Numbered from the stretch's first letter, positions 1 through 10,196 are shown. The stretch is DNA of 64,000 bases from Nitrososphaeria archaeon (GCA_963752255.1 CAVVXT010000012.1:228326-292325), one strand, 5' to 3'. Notes: a model not told the origin generated them from the letters alone. Translations and numbers: made by a program.

Positions 1-1765
1 GTGGAAAAGCTTCAGTGCCAAATACACCGTAGCTGGCATTCAATATAACCTTCAAAACCTGTGAGATAGTGTTAAAGAGAGCTGCTTGATCCGAATTTGG
101 GGGATACTTCTTTGATAGAGGTTTATAGAGTTTAACTCGTAGATCTCTTAAAGAACCAATCAATAAAGAAGTAATGCCATATCTCTTTGTGCAAACCCAA
201 TGGGGCGTATCTGGAATAATGTTGGACCTATCTTCCGGATGATTACACAGGATTGTCTCATATGAAAGATTATAGACCTTTATTATACTCGGATAGAGAC
301 TTGCAAAGTCTAAAACAGACACGCCAAAGTGAACCCCTGCTTCAGGTTCTAGAACGTAGGCGCCACGGTATTTTTTCCCCTTGGTTATGGCCGTTGAAGA
401 TATAGCGCCACGCTGGGACACTTCTTCGCTCCTGGGTATTAAGGCGTTAATTCGTCTATGTTCGAAGTACATTAAGCTGCGTATCCAATTTGATACACCT
501 AACCTACCAAGGTCCTCGAACGGCATCTTTGCAACTCTCGCTATAACAGTAAGGAGGCGCATAACCAGATCATCGCTATAGCTTGTCAACATGAAAGTTA
601 TTTTTGCGTCTTTGAAACAGTACCTGCCCAACTCTAGTAGAGGTAGGTCGCTGATTGAGCCCTCAAATTCCATCTTTGATTCATTAATTATTGCCTCGCA
701 GACTGAGTTTAGAGTGTTTTCAACATACTTAGAGTCAAACACGTAAACCTTCAAAGCATGATTTGAGAAGAACTTGTAAAGGTCGACGTGCACACCATGC
801 TTTATCCAAGCTTGATCCCTTCCCAAGTTTATTGGAATAGATTCGTCTGGAAAGCCAAGGTTCTTGGCCCTATGATAGAGGTAGTTAAGATCAAAATCGT
901 CGCCGTTGTACGTGATGATAAATGGATAATCCAACATATTCAAAAAGACCGCTTCGAGAAGTAGACTCTCTTCTTTGTAGAAGAGGACATCTGCTTCCTC
1001 AATCTTCATATCACCCTTGGGCACGTTGTCCCGTTCGAGAAGGAAAAGCTTCTTCTTGCCATCGCTGCCGAACATTGCGACGGCTATAACCGCGTGTTCG
1101 GCTTCAGTTGGAGATGGAATATGGTATTCGTCGGGCGATGCGACTTCTATGTCTAGAGAAGACCTTTTGATATTTGGAAGAGGTTGGGTCAGGAGGCTAG
1201 ACCAGATTTTTACGTAAGGGACAAACTCTGCCTTAGACGAACTTTCTAAACCTTCAAGATTCTTTAACACATTTTGATCAACTTCAAGAATAATCGGAAC
1301 GGGTTTGTCTTTGTCTATCCTGAAAAATGTTCCAGGCGTGTATTGGAAATCATATATATAATTCTCATAATATTTTATGTCTGCTTCATAGCATGGTAGA
1401 AGATTTCTTATGCTCTGATCCCCTTTGCCTCCGCCAATTGATAAGGGGTTTGTAACGACGATCTTCTTAACAAAGATCTGGTTCCCTGTAAACATGTCAA
1501 TTTTATTGACGTCTTTTACACTGATAACATCAGACCGTTTCTTGATCTGTTCCAGTATGCCGTCTTCAGCTTTGGTGTAACAGTAAGGTTTGTGGCCCGT
1601 GTTATCTTTCCATACAAAACTTCTTTCCAATTTTGGAGAATAGAACATCAGATAAGCCTTCTTTTCGTCACCGTCATATCCCGCCGATACAAGCATACCA
1701 TCGTCCATTGAAGTTGTATGCATAGTAAGTGATGCTATCTTCTGTTTTAGTTTCTCGAATGACAA
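1..1765 (-). CDS. polB: Family B DNA polymerase (PolB1-type), runs off the window's left edge
   Basis: Not in the ORF track; translated by hand. N-terminal WKDNTGHKPYCYT, region II YRGAYVLEP...LDFASLYPSIIKVYNLSYET, region III LKVILNASYGVFG. Start is TTG 1765 or ATG 1723. Confidence 0.95.
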   Translation of the reverse strand, partial: MSFEKLKQKIASLTMHTTSMDDGMLVSAGYDGDEKKAYLMFYSPKLERSFVWKDNTGHKPYCYTKAEDGILEQIKKRSDVISVKDVNKIDMFTGNQIFVKKIVVTNPLSIGGGKGDQSIRNLLPCYEADIKYYENYIYDFQYTPGTFFRIDKDKPVPIILEVDQNVLKNLEGLESSSKAEFVPYVKIWSSLLTQPLPNIKRSSLDIEVASPDEYHIPSPTEAEHAVIAVAMFGSDGKKKLFLLERDNVPKGDMKIEEADVLFYKEESLLLEAVFLNMLDYPFIITYNGDDFDLNYLYHRAKNLGFPDESIPINLGRDQAWIKHGVHVDLYKFFSNHALKVYVFDSKYVENTLNSVCEAIINESKMEFEGSISDLPLLELGRYCFKDAKITFMLTSYSDDLVMRLLTVIARVAKMPFEDLGRLGVSNWIRSLMYFEHRRINALIPRSEEVSQRGAISSTAITKGKKYRGAYVLEPEAGVHFGVSVLDFASLYPSIIKVYNLSYETILCNHPEDRSNIIPDTPHWVCTKRYGITSLLIGSLRDLRVKLYKPLSKKYPPNSDQAALFNTISQVLKVILNASYGVFGTEAFP

Positions 1766-1829
1766 CGCCTTCCACTATATGCTCAAGTAACATTTTGATA
1801 AATGTTTGCGAAAAGACTTAAATTAGATT

Positions 1830-2198
1830 GTGAAGGAATGCTTTAAGATGAGCGTTAAAAAAAATAATCTCTCGCCGCTTCAGATAACCCTCCTTATTTC
1901 GGGGATATTATTTGTGGTATTACCTATTCTAGGGTTGTCCCCTATAGAAATGGTTTTCGTTGGCTTAATCAACATATTAGCTTTTCTAGTGGTTTACTTT
2001 GAAAAGTTCAAGCTGTTCTCCCCATTTATTAAGATAAGCGTCTCGATTTTTAACATAATAGTGCTTGCATACCTAATATATGGGGCGCTCACCTTTTCAA
2101 ATACAGGTTATTCCTTAAACGTGATCCTTACAATGCTTCTTAGCATACTGTTTCTTATAGCGTATGTTATTTCGATTTTATACTATTCAAAGATTTAA
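1830..2198 (+). CDS. Hypothetical membrane protein (~4 TM)
   Basis: Four hydrophobic stretches; start may be ATG 1848. Confidence 0.6.
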   Translation: MKECFKMSVKKNNLSPLQITLLISGILFVVLPILGLSPIEMVFVGLINILAFLVVYFEKFKLFSPFIKISVSIFNIIVLAYLIYGALTFSNTGYSLNVILTMLLSILFLIAYVISILYYSKI

Positions 2199-2369
2199 AA
2201 TTTTTCCAAAGTAAAATTTTTTATCTCAACTAGTGGACACTTTATCTGTGCAAGACGAAAAGATAGATTTGGCTTTAGAAGCTATTGAGGTATTAAAAGG
2301 TCTAGAATTAGGTGAATTGATTGAGACAGAAAGAGGAACAGGTTATGAGCTTCCCATGATGGTGATTCC

Positions 2370-3467
2370 ATGATCCCTATAAATAAACCGATAATTGAAA
2401 AAGAAGAAAAAGAGGCTGTGCAAAGGGTGCTAGATAGCCTTTATCTAACGGACTCAAGTTTTGAGGGGGGAAAATTTGTCAGAGAATTTGAAGATCTATT
2501 TGCAAAATATGTCGGAGTAAAACATACGATTGCAGTTAACTCTGGTACATCGGCGCTTCTGGCCGTAGTTTTAGCTCTTGAGTTAGGTGGAAAAGATGTA
2601 ACTTTAACTTCAGGGTTTACATTTTCCTCTACTGCAACGACCAGCCTGTTTGCTGGAGCAAAAGTAGAGTTTGCTGACATCCAAACCAGAACGTATTGTA
2701 TTCTATTAGACGACATTAGGAAGAAGATTTCTAAAAAGACTAAGATGATAATACCGGTGCATCTCTATGGGCACCCAGCGCAGATGGATGAAATCAATGA
2801 GATAGCAGAGGAGTATGGTTCCTACGTAGTTGAGGATGCAGCACAATCTCTGGGGTCACGGTATAAAGGAAAAATGACGGGAAGCATTGGAGCTGTCGGA
2901 TGTTTCAGTCTCTACGCAACGAAGATAGTGACTTGCGGGGAGGGAGGAGTTGTTACAACAGACAACGATAACTTAGCCGAAAAAATTAGGATGATTAGAT
3001 CTCATGGCCAAATAAAAGGCTACGATTCGAAGATCCTTGGGCTTAACTTACGCCTACCTCAGATACTGGCAGCTATGGGAACGGAACAGCTTAAAAAAAT
3101 TGACAGGTTCATCAGCTCGAGAAGAAAAAATGCGGAGTTCTTAAACGAGCAGCTTTCAAATATTCAAGGCGTTAAAACACCGGTTGAAGAGGAATATGCT
3201 AAAACGAACTGGAGCATTTACACGGTATCTGTTAATAAGAGAAGAGATGATATAATATCATACCTGAGGGAAAACGGTGTTGGGGCAACAGTCTATTATC
3301 CTATTCCTCTAAACAAACTTCCGGTATTTCATGATTCAAGCAAGCTGCCAAACTGTGAGGAGGCCGCAGGTCACGTTCTATCGCTGCCCGTACATCCTTT
3401 GCTGACTGAAGAGGAGAAAAACAGAGTTGTGGACATATTTAAGCAGGCGATAAAGAAATTCTTATAA
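2370..3467 (+). CDS. DegT/DnrJ/EryC1/StrS PLP-dependent aminotransferase
   Basis: AVNSGTSAL, IPVHLYG, VEDAAQS, FSLYATK(PLP Lys)...GEGG, LSLPVHP. Confidence 0.93.
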   Translation: MIPINKPIIEKEEKEAVQRVLDSLYLTDSSFEGGKFVREFEDLFAKYVGVKHTIAVNSGTSALLAVVLALELGGKDVTLTSGFTFSSTATTSLFAGAKVEFADIQTRTYCILLDDIRKKISKKTKMIIPVHLYGHPAQMDEINEIAEEYGSYVVEDAAQSLGSRYKGKMTGSIGAVGCFSLYATKIVTCGEGGVVTTDNDNLAEKIRMIRSHGQIKGYDSKILGLNLRLPQILAAMGTEQLKKIDRFISSRRKNAEFLNEQLSNIQGVKTPVEEEYAKTNWSIYTVSVNKRRDDIISYLRENGVGATVYYPIPLNKLPVFHDSSKLPNCEEAAGHVLSLPVHPLLTEEEKNRVVDIFKQAIKKFL

Positions 3468-3493
3468 ATAGATGCTTGGGGGTTAATGTTTAT

Positions 3494-3658
3494 ATGAGCG
3501 AGAAATCTTCTGGAGAAGTCTATTATGAATGTATTAGATGTGGTACAACAATTTCATCTACTGAACTCACAAAACTTCTCGAAATCAAATGCATATGCGG
3601 TTATAGGATCTTAAAAAAGAAAAGACCTCAAGTCGTCAAAATAGTGAAAGCGCTTTAG
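3494..3658 (+). CDS. rpoP: RNA polymerase subunit Rpo12 (RpoP)
   Basis: YECIRCG...IKCICGYRILKKKRP zinc ribbon; ATG 3494 preferred. Confidence 0.9.
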   Translation: MSEKSSGEVYYECIRCGTTISSTELTKLLEIKCICGYRILKKKRPQVVKIVKAL

Positions 3659-3699
3659 AAATCCCGACAATTCTTATTAAAAAGGATTGAAAAGGTATT

Positions 3700-5394
3700 G
3701 TGCGAGAAAACTTGGAAAGGAGTCTTACAGATAAAGTCATCGCCTTAGCAAAGAGAAGAGGGTTTTTTTGGCAGGCCTATGAAGCCTACGGTGGTACCGG
3801 AGGATTCTATGTCCTCGGAGACCTTGGTACGAGACTTAAAGAAAATATCGTTAAGCTATGGAAAGAAATATTCCTCGAGCCCTACGGGTTTATTGAAATA
3901 GAATCTCCTACGATAGCGCCTTATGCGGTGTTCGAAGCTTCAGGACATGTTGGGTCATTTAAGGATGCAATGGCCGAGTGCTTGAAGTGTACCAACAAGT
4001 ATCGTGCAGACCACCTTCTTGCCGAACAGGGAGTAAATGTCCCAGAATCAACCGAACTTAATACACTCGAGAAACTCCTAAACGAGAACAAGATAAAATG
4101 CCCTGAATGCGGAGGCATCAAATGGAAAGTAAGCGCCTTTCTGACGATGTTTCAAACAAACATCGGGCCTTATGGCGAAAACATAGGATTCCTAAGGCCA
4201 GAAACAGCGCAAGGCATGTTTGTCGAATTTAAGCAGCTATATGAAAGTAACAGAGCGAGAATACCGATAGGTGTAGCCCAGGTGGGTAAAGCATACAGAA
4301 ACGAAATTTCTCCGAGGCAAGGCCTCATTCGACTGAGAGAATTTTCTCAGATTGAATTAGAGTTCTTTTTTAACCCTTCATATAACAAGTGCGAGCACTT
4401 AGATAAAGTTGAAGGTATAAAGATGAACCTGTTAGATGAATCGAAGGTTGGTCAAGGTGATGGGACACCGTACAAAGTTTCGGCAAAGGAAGCAGTTGAA
4501 AAAGGCTTTGTTAAACAGGAATGGCTCGCTTTCTTTATGGCACTGTCCCAGAAGTTCATACACGAACTTGGTATAAACTCTGATGACATAAGATTTAAGG
4601 CGAAACTGGTAGGGGAGAGAGCGCACTATTCAGCGCAAACTTTTGACCAAGAAGTCCTGACCGAAAAATACGGTTGGGTTGAAGTAGCTGGCCACGCGTA
4701 CAGACAGGATTACGATCTCAAATCCCATACCTTAAAGGGGAACGTTGACATGCACATAGTCGAAGAACTTAAGGAACCTATCAAAGTAAAGAAGACGCTC
4801 GCATACCCTAATTCGGTTAAAGTCAGGGAAGAATTTAAAGAGAAGGCTTCAGAAGTTTTTAAGAACATTTCTAAGTTTGATTCCAAAACACTGGCGCAGG
4901 AATTGGAGGAAAAAGGTAAAATTGAAATCGGAGGAAAAGACATGGGAAAAGAATATTTTATATTCAAAGAGTTAGAGGAAACCGTTGCTACGAGAAAGTA
5001 TATTCCTCACGTCATAGAACCAAGTTTTGGAATAGAGCGAATAATCAACGCGGTACTAGAACACGCTTACAGGGAGAAGGAGGACAGAACTATACTTTCT
5101 TTAAATGATAGGATAGCACCATACAGGTATGCTGTTTTTCCTCTGGTTAAGAAAGACGGTTTAGATGTTAAAGCAAAAGAAGTCTATATCATGATTAAGA
5201 CAATAGATGTGAGGACGTTATATGACGATGACGGTTCTATAGGGAGAAGATATGCTAGAGTTGATGAGATAGGAGTGTCTAAAGCTATTACGATAGATTA
5301 CCAGACCTTAGAGGATGAAACAGTAACCGTAAGGAGTAGAGATAGCTGGGACCAGGTAAGGGTTGACATAAACCATCTTTTGACAGCTCTTTAG
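3700..5394 (+). CDS. glyS: Glycine--tRNA ligase (archaeal/eukaryotic type)
   Basis: LRPETAQG, GKAYRNEISPRQGLIRLREF, PHVIEPSFG, GSIGRRYARVDEIG. Confidence 0.97.
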   Translation: MRENLERSLTDKVIALAKRRGFFWQAYEAYGGTGGFYVLGDLGTRLKENIVKLWKEIFLEPYGFIEIESPTIAPYAVFEASGHVGSFKDAMAECLKCTNKYRADHLLAEQGVNVPESTELNTLEKLLNENKIKCPECGGIKWKVSAFLTMFQTNIGPYGENIGFLRPETAQGMFVEFKQLYESNRARIPIGVAQVGKAYRNEISPRQGLIRLREFSQIELEFFFNPSYNKCEHLDKVEGIKMNLLDESKVGQGDGTPYKVSAKEAVEKGFVKQEWLAFFMALSQKFIHELGINSDDIRFKAKLVGERAHYSAQTFDQEVLTEKYGWVEVAGHAYRQDYDLKSHTLKGNVDMHIVEELKEPIKVKKTLAYPNSVKVREEFKEKASEVFKNISKFDSKTLAQELEEKGKIEIGGKDMGKEYFIFKELEETVATRKYIPHVIEPSFGIERIINAVLEHAYREKEDRTILSLNDRIAPYRYAVFPLVKKDGLDVKAKEVYIMIKTIDVRTLYDDDGSIGRRYARVDEIGVSKAITIDYQTLEDETVTVRSRDSWDQVRVDINHLLTAL

Positions 5395-6113
5395 ATATTC
5401 GATACTAAAGGTTTTACCTTCTGCAATTTGGACAAACTGGCTATGATATCGTTTTCACTTGGTAAAAGGGTTACACCGAGAACTATGCAATCTTTCTTTG
5501 ATATTTCTATGGCAAGAGGATCTACTTCTTTGGGCCCATGCAATATTACCATCCTTGGCTTTATCTGAGAAACCCTTACTGCTACAATCGGTGAGCGTCC
5601 CAGACCCACCTTGGTAAAGACAAGAACACGTTCTGAATTGTAGCCGAAGATCTTTATGAAATCCAAGCCAGACATTGTAAGAATAGTCTTGATGCTATCT
5701 AAAACCGTGTAACCATAAATTTGTTTATTAATGCAGTCCTCTCCAGCCAAGACATCGGCTTTAAGGGCGTCAATTACCTGTTTTACAGAAACAGGATGTT
5801 CATATTCTCCAATGGAAAGAATAGCTGATTCACTTATAGGAACATCCAGCTTCCCAAGTATTCTATTAGACTTTTGGTCTATTTCTACAAGACCCTTAAC
5901 ATATTTCTTTACGAAGATTGTGCCAGGGGAACTCCTCTTTCCACTTTCGTAATCGCTTAATACAGCAGGCGAAATACCAAGCTGTCTTGCTAAATCCACC
6001 TGTTTGATGTTCAGCTTCTCCCTCCAAATCTTCAGTGAAATTCCTACGTTTTCACTTAGTACAATGTCACCGACAATCTTCCTCATAATCTCATCGTATT
6101 GTAGAGACATCAT
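5391..6113 (-). CDS. XRE-family HTH transcriptional regulator (conserved archaeal type with C-terminal domain)
   Basis: N-terminal WREKLNIKQVDLARQLGISPAVLSDYESGKR HTH; C-terminal GYTVLDS...GRSPIVAVRV. Confidence 0.85.
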   Translation of the reverse strand: MMSLQYDEIMRKIVGDIVLSENVGISLKIWREKLNIKQVDLARQLGISPAVLSDYESGKRSSPGTIFVKKYVKGLVEIDQKSNRILGKLDVPISESAILSIGEYEHPVSVKQVIDALKADVLAGEDCINKQIYGYTVLDSIKTILTMSGLDFIKIFGYNSERVLVFTKVGLGRSPIVAVRVSQIKPRMVILHGPKEVDPLAIEISKKDCIVLGVTLLPSENDIIASLSKLQKVKPLVSNI

Positions 6114-6184
6114 TATAATCTAAAATTCACTATTTAAAAAGGTTTAAGTGACCAAAACTCAGAGGGAAAGATCTGAAGGCTCGC

Positions 6185-7654
6185 CTATCTGGCTACTATC
6201 TGCAAATCGTTCTTGAAGAATCTTTTTGTTTCTCCTAATGCCTGGAAATCTGTTGGAGCCACTTGAATGAGCGATGGCATATTCGCTGCAACCCTGCCGA
6301 TTACAAGACAATGACGTTGTGGTAAAGTCCGAACAAGAGATTCTATAGTGTCGACGTCGACGGTTGAAGCTCTAGAAACCATTCCAAGATCGTTACTGTT
6401 TACAAAATTAAATAAGAAGATGTTGTCGGCTTGTCGATAGATTCCCTGAGGTATTGCATCAGGCTGGTTTGTAATAAAGGTTGTAAAGATTCCGTAATGG
6501 CGCATTCTTGTTATCATATCATCCCAATAAGTGTCTCTAAGGTAAAGATGAGCTTCTTCAGCAAACAGAAAAGTTGGTGGGATCCTATTGCTTTCTAGAA
6601 GATCGCATATTTTGTTCAAAATCGCCTCCACAACGATCTTTCTTGTCAGAGAAGAGGTTTTACCCAGCTGTATTATGAACGCCACCCCATCACCATGTTG
6701 ACGGAAGAGCTTTTCAAGTTCAAAGGTTTTTTCGATTTCGTCTGAAAAAAGTCTTGAAGACAGAATAGAATAGTATCTTGTAAAGAGCGCATCTCTCACA
6801 AACTCATTACACTTCCAACTCTGTATTGTTTCACCAAGATTCTTGATCGTTAAACACCCCTTCGACTCCAGACTGTCTATGATACGAATAAACTCCCTTA
6901 ATGAGACACCAGGAGTATCCAATACATTCTGCAGCACATTAACAAGGGTTCGCTTACCAATATAGCTTAAGGAAAATAAAAGATTTTCCCCGGGCTTAAG
7001 ACACATAACCTTCTTAGTGATGCCGTTATCTGAACCATCACTTCTTTTTGAGATACCTCTATATTCGTTGTTTATATCAAAGACTATTACGTAAGCGCCA
7101 TTCTCGACGAGTTTTGATACGAGCATCTTTGATAAATGCGACTTTCCAGACTCCTTCTTTCCCGTTATTATGTTTAGCTGTCCGTCCAGATTATTTAAAC
7201 TGATATGGTAAGGTTCACCGTCTGAAGTAATTCCTATCGTAATGTTCATGTCAGTTTTGCCTAATATTCTTGAATAGAGATCTTTTATTCTAACGCGTTT
7301 AATCTTGGAAGCTGTTCTAGAAGGAAGCCACGCCGATATCGGTATGAACTTACCTTCTTCAAATGAACCCCTTATCTTGCATTTAAGAAAACGCATGTCC
7401 ATGAGCATATATGATAACGCCCCTATCTGCAATGGATCGTTTTCCGTCGAAGGGGCTGAAGATTTAATAACTTCGTCTCTTACAATATCGTCTAGGAAAT
7501 TTGATGAATCGAGGTACGTTTCTTCATAGATTTGGACAACCATTTCTTTATTAACGGTGTTATCCTCGATTATCAGATACTCTCCCTTCTGTATTTCTTC
7601 GCTCGGTAACGCGAGAACTACGATTTCATCACCTTTTTTCGATACAATTCTCAT
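6185..7654 (-). CDS. HerA/FtsK-like ATPase (DUF87 family)
   Basis: N-terminal beta-barrel (HAS-like), Walker A ITGKKESGKS, VFDINNEY, Walker B FAEEAHLY, RMRHYG, ITNQP. Confidence 0.88.
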   Translation of the reverse strand: MRIVSKKGDEIVVLALPSEEIQKGEYLIIEDNTVNKEMVVQIYEETYLDSSNFLDDIVRDEVIKSSAPSTENDPLQIGALSYMLMDMRFLKCKIRGSFEEGKFIPISAWLPSRTASKIKRVRIKDLYSRILGKTDMNITIGITSDGEPYHISLNNLDGQLNIITGKKESGKSHLSKMLVSKLVENGAYVIVFDINNEYRGISKRSDGSDNGITKKVMCLKPGENLLFSLSYIGKRTLVNVLQNVLDTPGVSLREFIRIIDSLESKGCLTIKNLGETIQSWKCNEFVRDALFTRYYSILSSRLFSDEIEKTFELEKLFRQHGDGVAFIIQLGKTSSLTRKIVVEAILNKICDLLESNRIPPTFLFAEEAHLYLRDTYWDDMITRMRHYGIFTTFITNQPDAIPQGIYRQADNIFLFNFVNSNDLGMVSRASTVDVDTIESLVRTLPQRHCLVIGRVAANMPSLIQVAPTDFQALGETKRFFKNDLQIVAR

Positions 7655-8703
7655 ATGCTTGTTGAACCTCCTTCAAACTTTAATCCGCCTAGGAGCGATT
7701 TTCTCAGCCTAGTTGCGGGAACTTGTATTATGTTAAGAGAGCGAGCTAAGGCACTCTTAATAGAGACCTGCTCAACATTGCTGAATATTGAAATACTGTG
7801 CGACATCATTAACGATTCGGGGTAACCGAGTCTGAAGCCGTCATTGTTTAAAATCTTTCCAAGCACGGTGTCAACATCGAAGTAAGAATGATATGGTATA
7901 TCCGTCCTAAATGCGTAACCATGCTTCTTGAACTTTACAACAAAAATGTGGCCTTCAACCTTAGACAGCATACTGTCTATGATATGGTGCACATCAACTT
8001 TGACTGGAGCGTAGTTTAAAATTTCTAGATAGTTCACCACCCTTTTAATGAACTTCAGTTTACTACTTTTTGAAATACCCACTATCGTGTTAGAGTTTCC
8101 TTGTGCACATTTTATTATTTCTTTGAGACTGAATCCTTCGACTTCAAAAATTGAAGACCTCAGCGATCCATCGCATAGGATCAAGCTACCATTTAATATT
8201 GTGGACATATACTTTAAGACCTCTCTTTCTATTACAACCCTCACCAGATTCTTGGCGTACTCATGCTCGGAGATTACAAGCTTTACAAGCTTCTCCCTAA
8301 GAGGGTTGTCGTGATAGACCTGTCTCATCGCCTGCTCGTCAATATAAACAACATACGGCCCATAGATATAGTACGCTTTAGGTTTTCCGTTATAGTATAT
8401 TGAAACTCCTGATTTAACGGCATAGAGAGCACCCTGTTCTGTTTCACCAATTGATATACATGAAGAATCTATGCCTGCAACGTCACAAGGTTCTTCTACC
8501 TGTTCAAAAGGTTCAACATTTAATGGTATAGGTGAAGTAAACAATGAGACTATCGGCTTAAGTTCGTCACAGTCTCTTTCATGGAACATTATCTTCATGC
8601 CAAAAGCTTTGTTAACATCAAAAAGGTGTGTGAAGGTTTGATCGAAGACTTTAACTTTATTATCTTGAATATTTTCTAGAGGAACATTTATTTTGTTGTT
8701 CAT
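7651..8703 (-). CDS. NurA-family nuclease
   Basis: AGIDSS, LCDGSL, VGISKSSK, GYPESLMMSH motifs. ATG 8703 preferred over the track start, which overlaps the opposite-strand gene. 4-bp overlap with the HerA gene. Confidence 0.82.
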   Translation of the reverse strand: MNNKINVPLENIQDNKVKVFDQTFTHLFDVNKAFGMKIMFHERDCDELKPIVSLFTSPIPLNVEPFEQVEEPCDVAGIDSSCISIGETEQGALYAVKSGVSIYYNGKPKAYYIYGPYVVYIDEQAMRQVYHDNPLREKLVKLVISEHEYAKNLVRVVIEREVLKYMSTILNGSLILCDGSLRSSIFEVEGFSLKEIIKCAQGNSNTIVGISKSSKLKFIKRVVNYLEILNYAPVKVDVHHIIDSMLSKVEGHIFVVKFKKHGYAFRTDIPYHSYFDVDTVLGKILNNDGFRLGYPESLMMSHSISIFSNVEQVSIKSALARSLNIIQVPATRLRKSLLGGLKFEGGSTSI

Positions 8704-8770
8704 GTTGAACAATATAGGTGGGCAGTGATAGGATATAAATGTTGTGCAAGTTGAACAACAACAATATAAT

Positions 8771-9160
8771 ATGGTGTTAGATTTGAACAACCTTGTTAGA
8801 ATCAAGATAAAGAGAGGAAGCTGGGAGATAGAAGTTGAATGTGACGAAGAAAAGGTCGCTGATGTAGTCTCTAAAGTTCTAGCTGGATTTGACAGTGGTA
8901 TATCAAGCGTTCAAACAGGGGACGTAAAGGACACCGGTGGAGTTACATGCCGGGGTTTACTTGATAACATGTGGAGAGAAGGCTGGTTTATGGTTTCTAA
9001 GAGGCTTTCTGAAGTTGACGAAGAACTTGCTAGAAGAGGCTACCACTACGATAGGTCAGCGATTTCTCACGCCTTAACAGACCTTGTTAGAGAGGGTATA
9101 TTGACGAGGGAAGGTGAGTCCAGAAATTATCATTACGTACAGAAGAAGCCGCCGTTATAA
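8771..9160 (+). CDS. Small hypothetical protein: N-terminal beta-hairpin/helix + C-terminal winged helix
   Basis: VRIKIKRGSWEIEVE; WF...KRLSEVDEEL...AISHALTDLVREGILTREG..YHY. Confidence 0.75.
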   Translation: MVLDLNNLVRIKIKRGSWEIEVECDEEKVADVVSKVLAGFDSGISSVQTGDVKDTGGVTCRGLLDNMWREGWFMVSKRLSEVDEELARRGYHYDRSAISHALTDLVREGILTREGESRNYHYVQKKPPL

Positions 9161-9162
9161 AT

Positions 9163-9663
9163 CTACGTTTTTGATCTCTTTTGAAGTTGTTGTCTTAACC
9201 ATTCTATTCCTAATGTAGTCATCTTATAGGTGACACCCTTCTCTGAAGACTCCCTTTCGATATGGTTGGCCTTCACTAGTTCACTGATCCTTGAACTAAT
9301 GCTCTTTGAATTAAGTCCAGTACTTGACTGAATCTCCGGTAGAGATAAATTTGGTGAAGCCTTCTTGCCCAGAAGATATTCGATCTTTGCTGCGACTAAC
9401 TGCAAAGAAATGATCTCTTTATCGCTAAGGTCAGTTGACCAGATTCTTGCACCTTCAGGGGTGATTCTGATGAAGTTAGAGAATGAAATCATTAGATCGT
9501 TCAAACTAAAATTTGAGGAAATCTTTTGTGCAAGATCGTACTGAGGAAGTTGCTGCTGAACGAATTGATTAAACTGTCGCACCACTTCTTCGGGCGAACC
9601 TGAAAACTCTATTCTTAAAAGGCCGAATGTTATCGTCACATTTACCTTATTTGTTTCTGACAT
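9163..9663 (-). CDS. Small hypothetical protein with C-terminal winged helix
   Basis: VTITFGLLRIEFSGSPEEV; LSLPEIQSSTGLNSKSISSRISELVKANHIER...YKMTTLG. Confidence 0.78.
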   Translation of the reverse strand: MSETNKVNVTITFGLLRIEFSGSPEEVVRQFNQFVQQQLPQYDLAQKISSNFSLNDLMISFSNFIRITPEGARIWSTDLSDKEIISLQLVAAKIEYLLGKKASPNLSLPEIQSSTGLNSKSISSRISELVKANHIERESSEKGVTYKMTTLGIEWLRQQLQKRSKT

Positions 9664-10196
9664 TATACATCACCATGTGCTTCCGCAGGATTTATTGGTT
9701 TCGTTGTATCTAACTCTTGTGGAGCCTGCTCAGCTACCGCAGAAATTAACTGCAGGTAAAGGTATTCGCCTGATTCATTTTTGAATCTTCGAACCTTACC
9801 TCCTTTTGTAAGTCTAAGAAGGGTCACCGCTGCAGTTGATCTCGTCAAAGGGAAACCCAGTGTTTCGAGCACTTTCCTTATCTCATCCAACTTTCTCGGC
9901 TTTTTACCCCAACTTGAATTAACAATTTTAACTATGATATCTCCTATCGAATCTTCTTTGAAGATCTGTATCGGCGGCAATTGTAGATCAGATTCTTGTG
10001 GCAACGTCTTTACTTTATCTTGTCCCGTTTGAATGCCCTCATTTACGATTACAGAACTTTGGTTGTGAACAGCTACTTGTTTAGCTTCCTTTGTGGAGTC
10101 GACGATCCTCGGAATTAGGTCGATAGAAGAAACTATTTCATCTATTGTACCTTCAAATTCTACTTCCGAATAGCCTACCTTCACCCTTAAGCGCAT
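9663..10196 (-). CDS. Small hypothetical protein with C-terminal winged helix
   Basis: MRLRVKVGYSEVEFEGTIDEI; PRKLDEIRKVLETLG...AAVTLLRLTKGGKVRRFK...YLY. Confidence 0.75.
   Translation of the reverse strand: MRLRVKVGYSEVEFEGTIDEIVSSIDLIPRIVDSTKEAKQVAVHNQSSVIVNEGIQTGQDKVKTLPQESDLQLPPIQIFKEDSIGDIIVKIVNSSWGKKPRKLDEIRKVLETLGFPLTRSTAAVTLLRLTKGGKVRRFKNESGEYLYLQLISAVAEQAPQELDTTKPINPAEAHGDV

Noticed and set aside
381-1217. Short + strand ORFs at 381-581 and 1017-1217
   Set aside because: Antisense to the PolB gene, which the track missed because it runs off the window.
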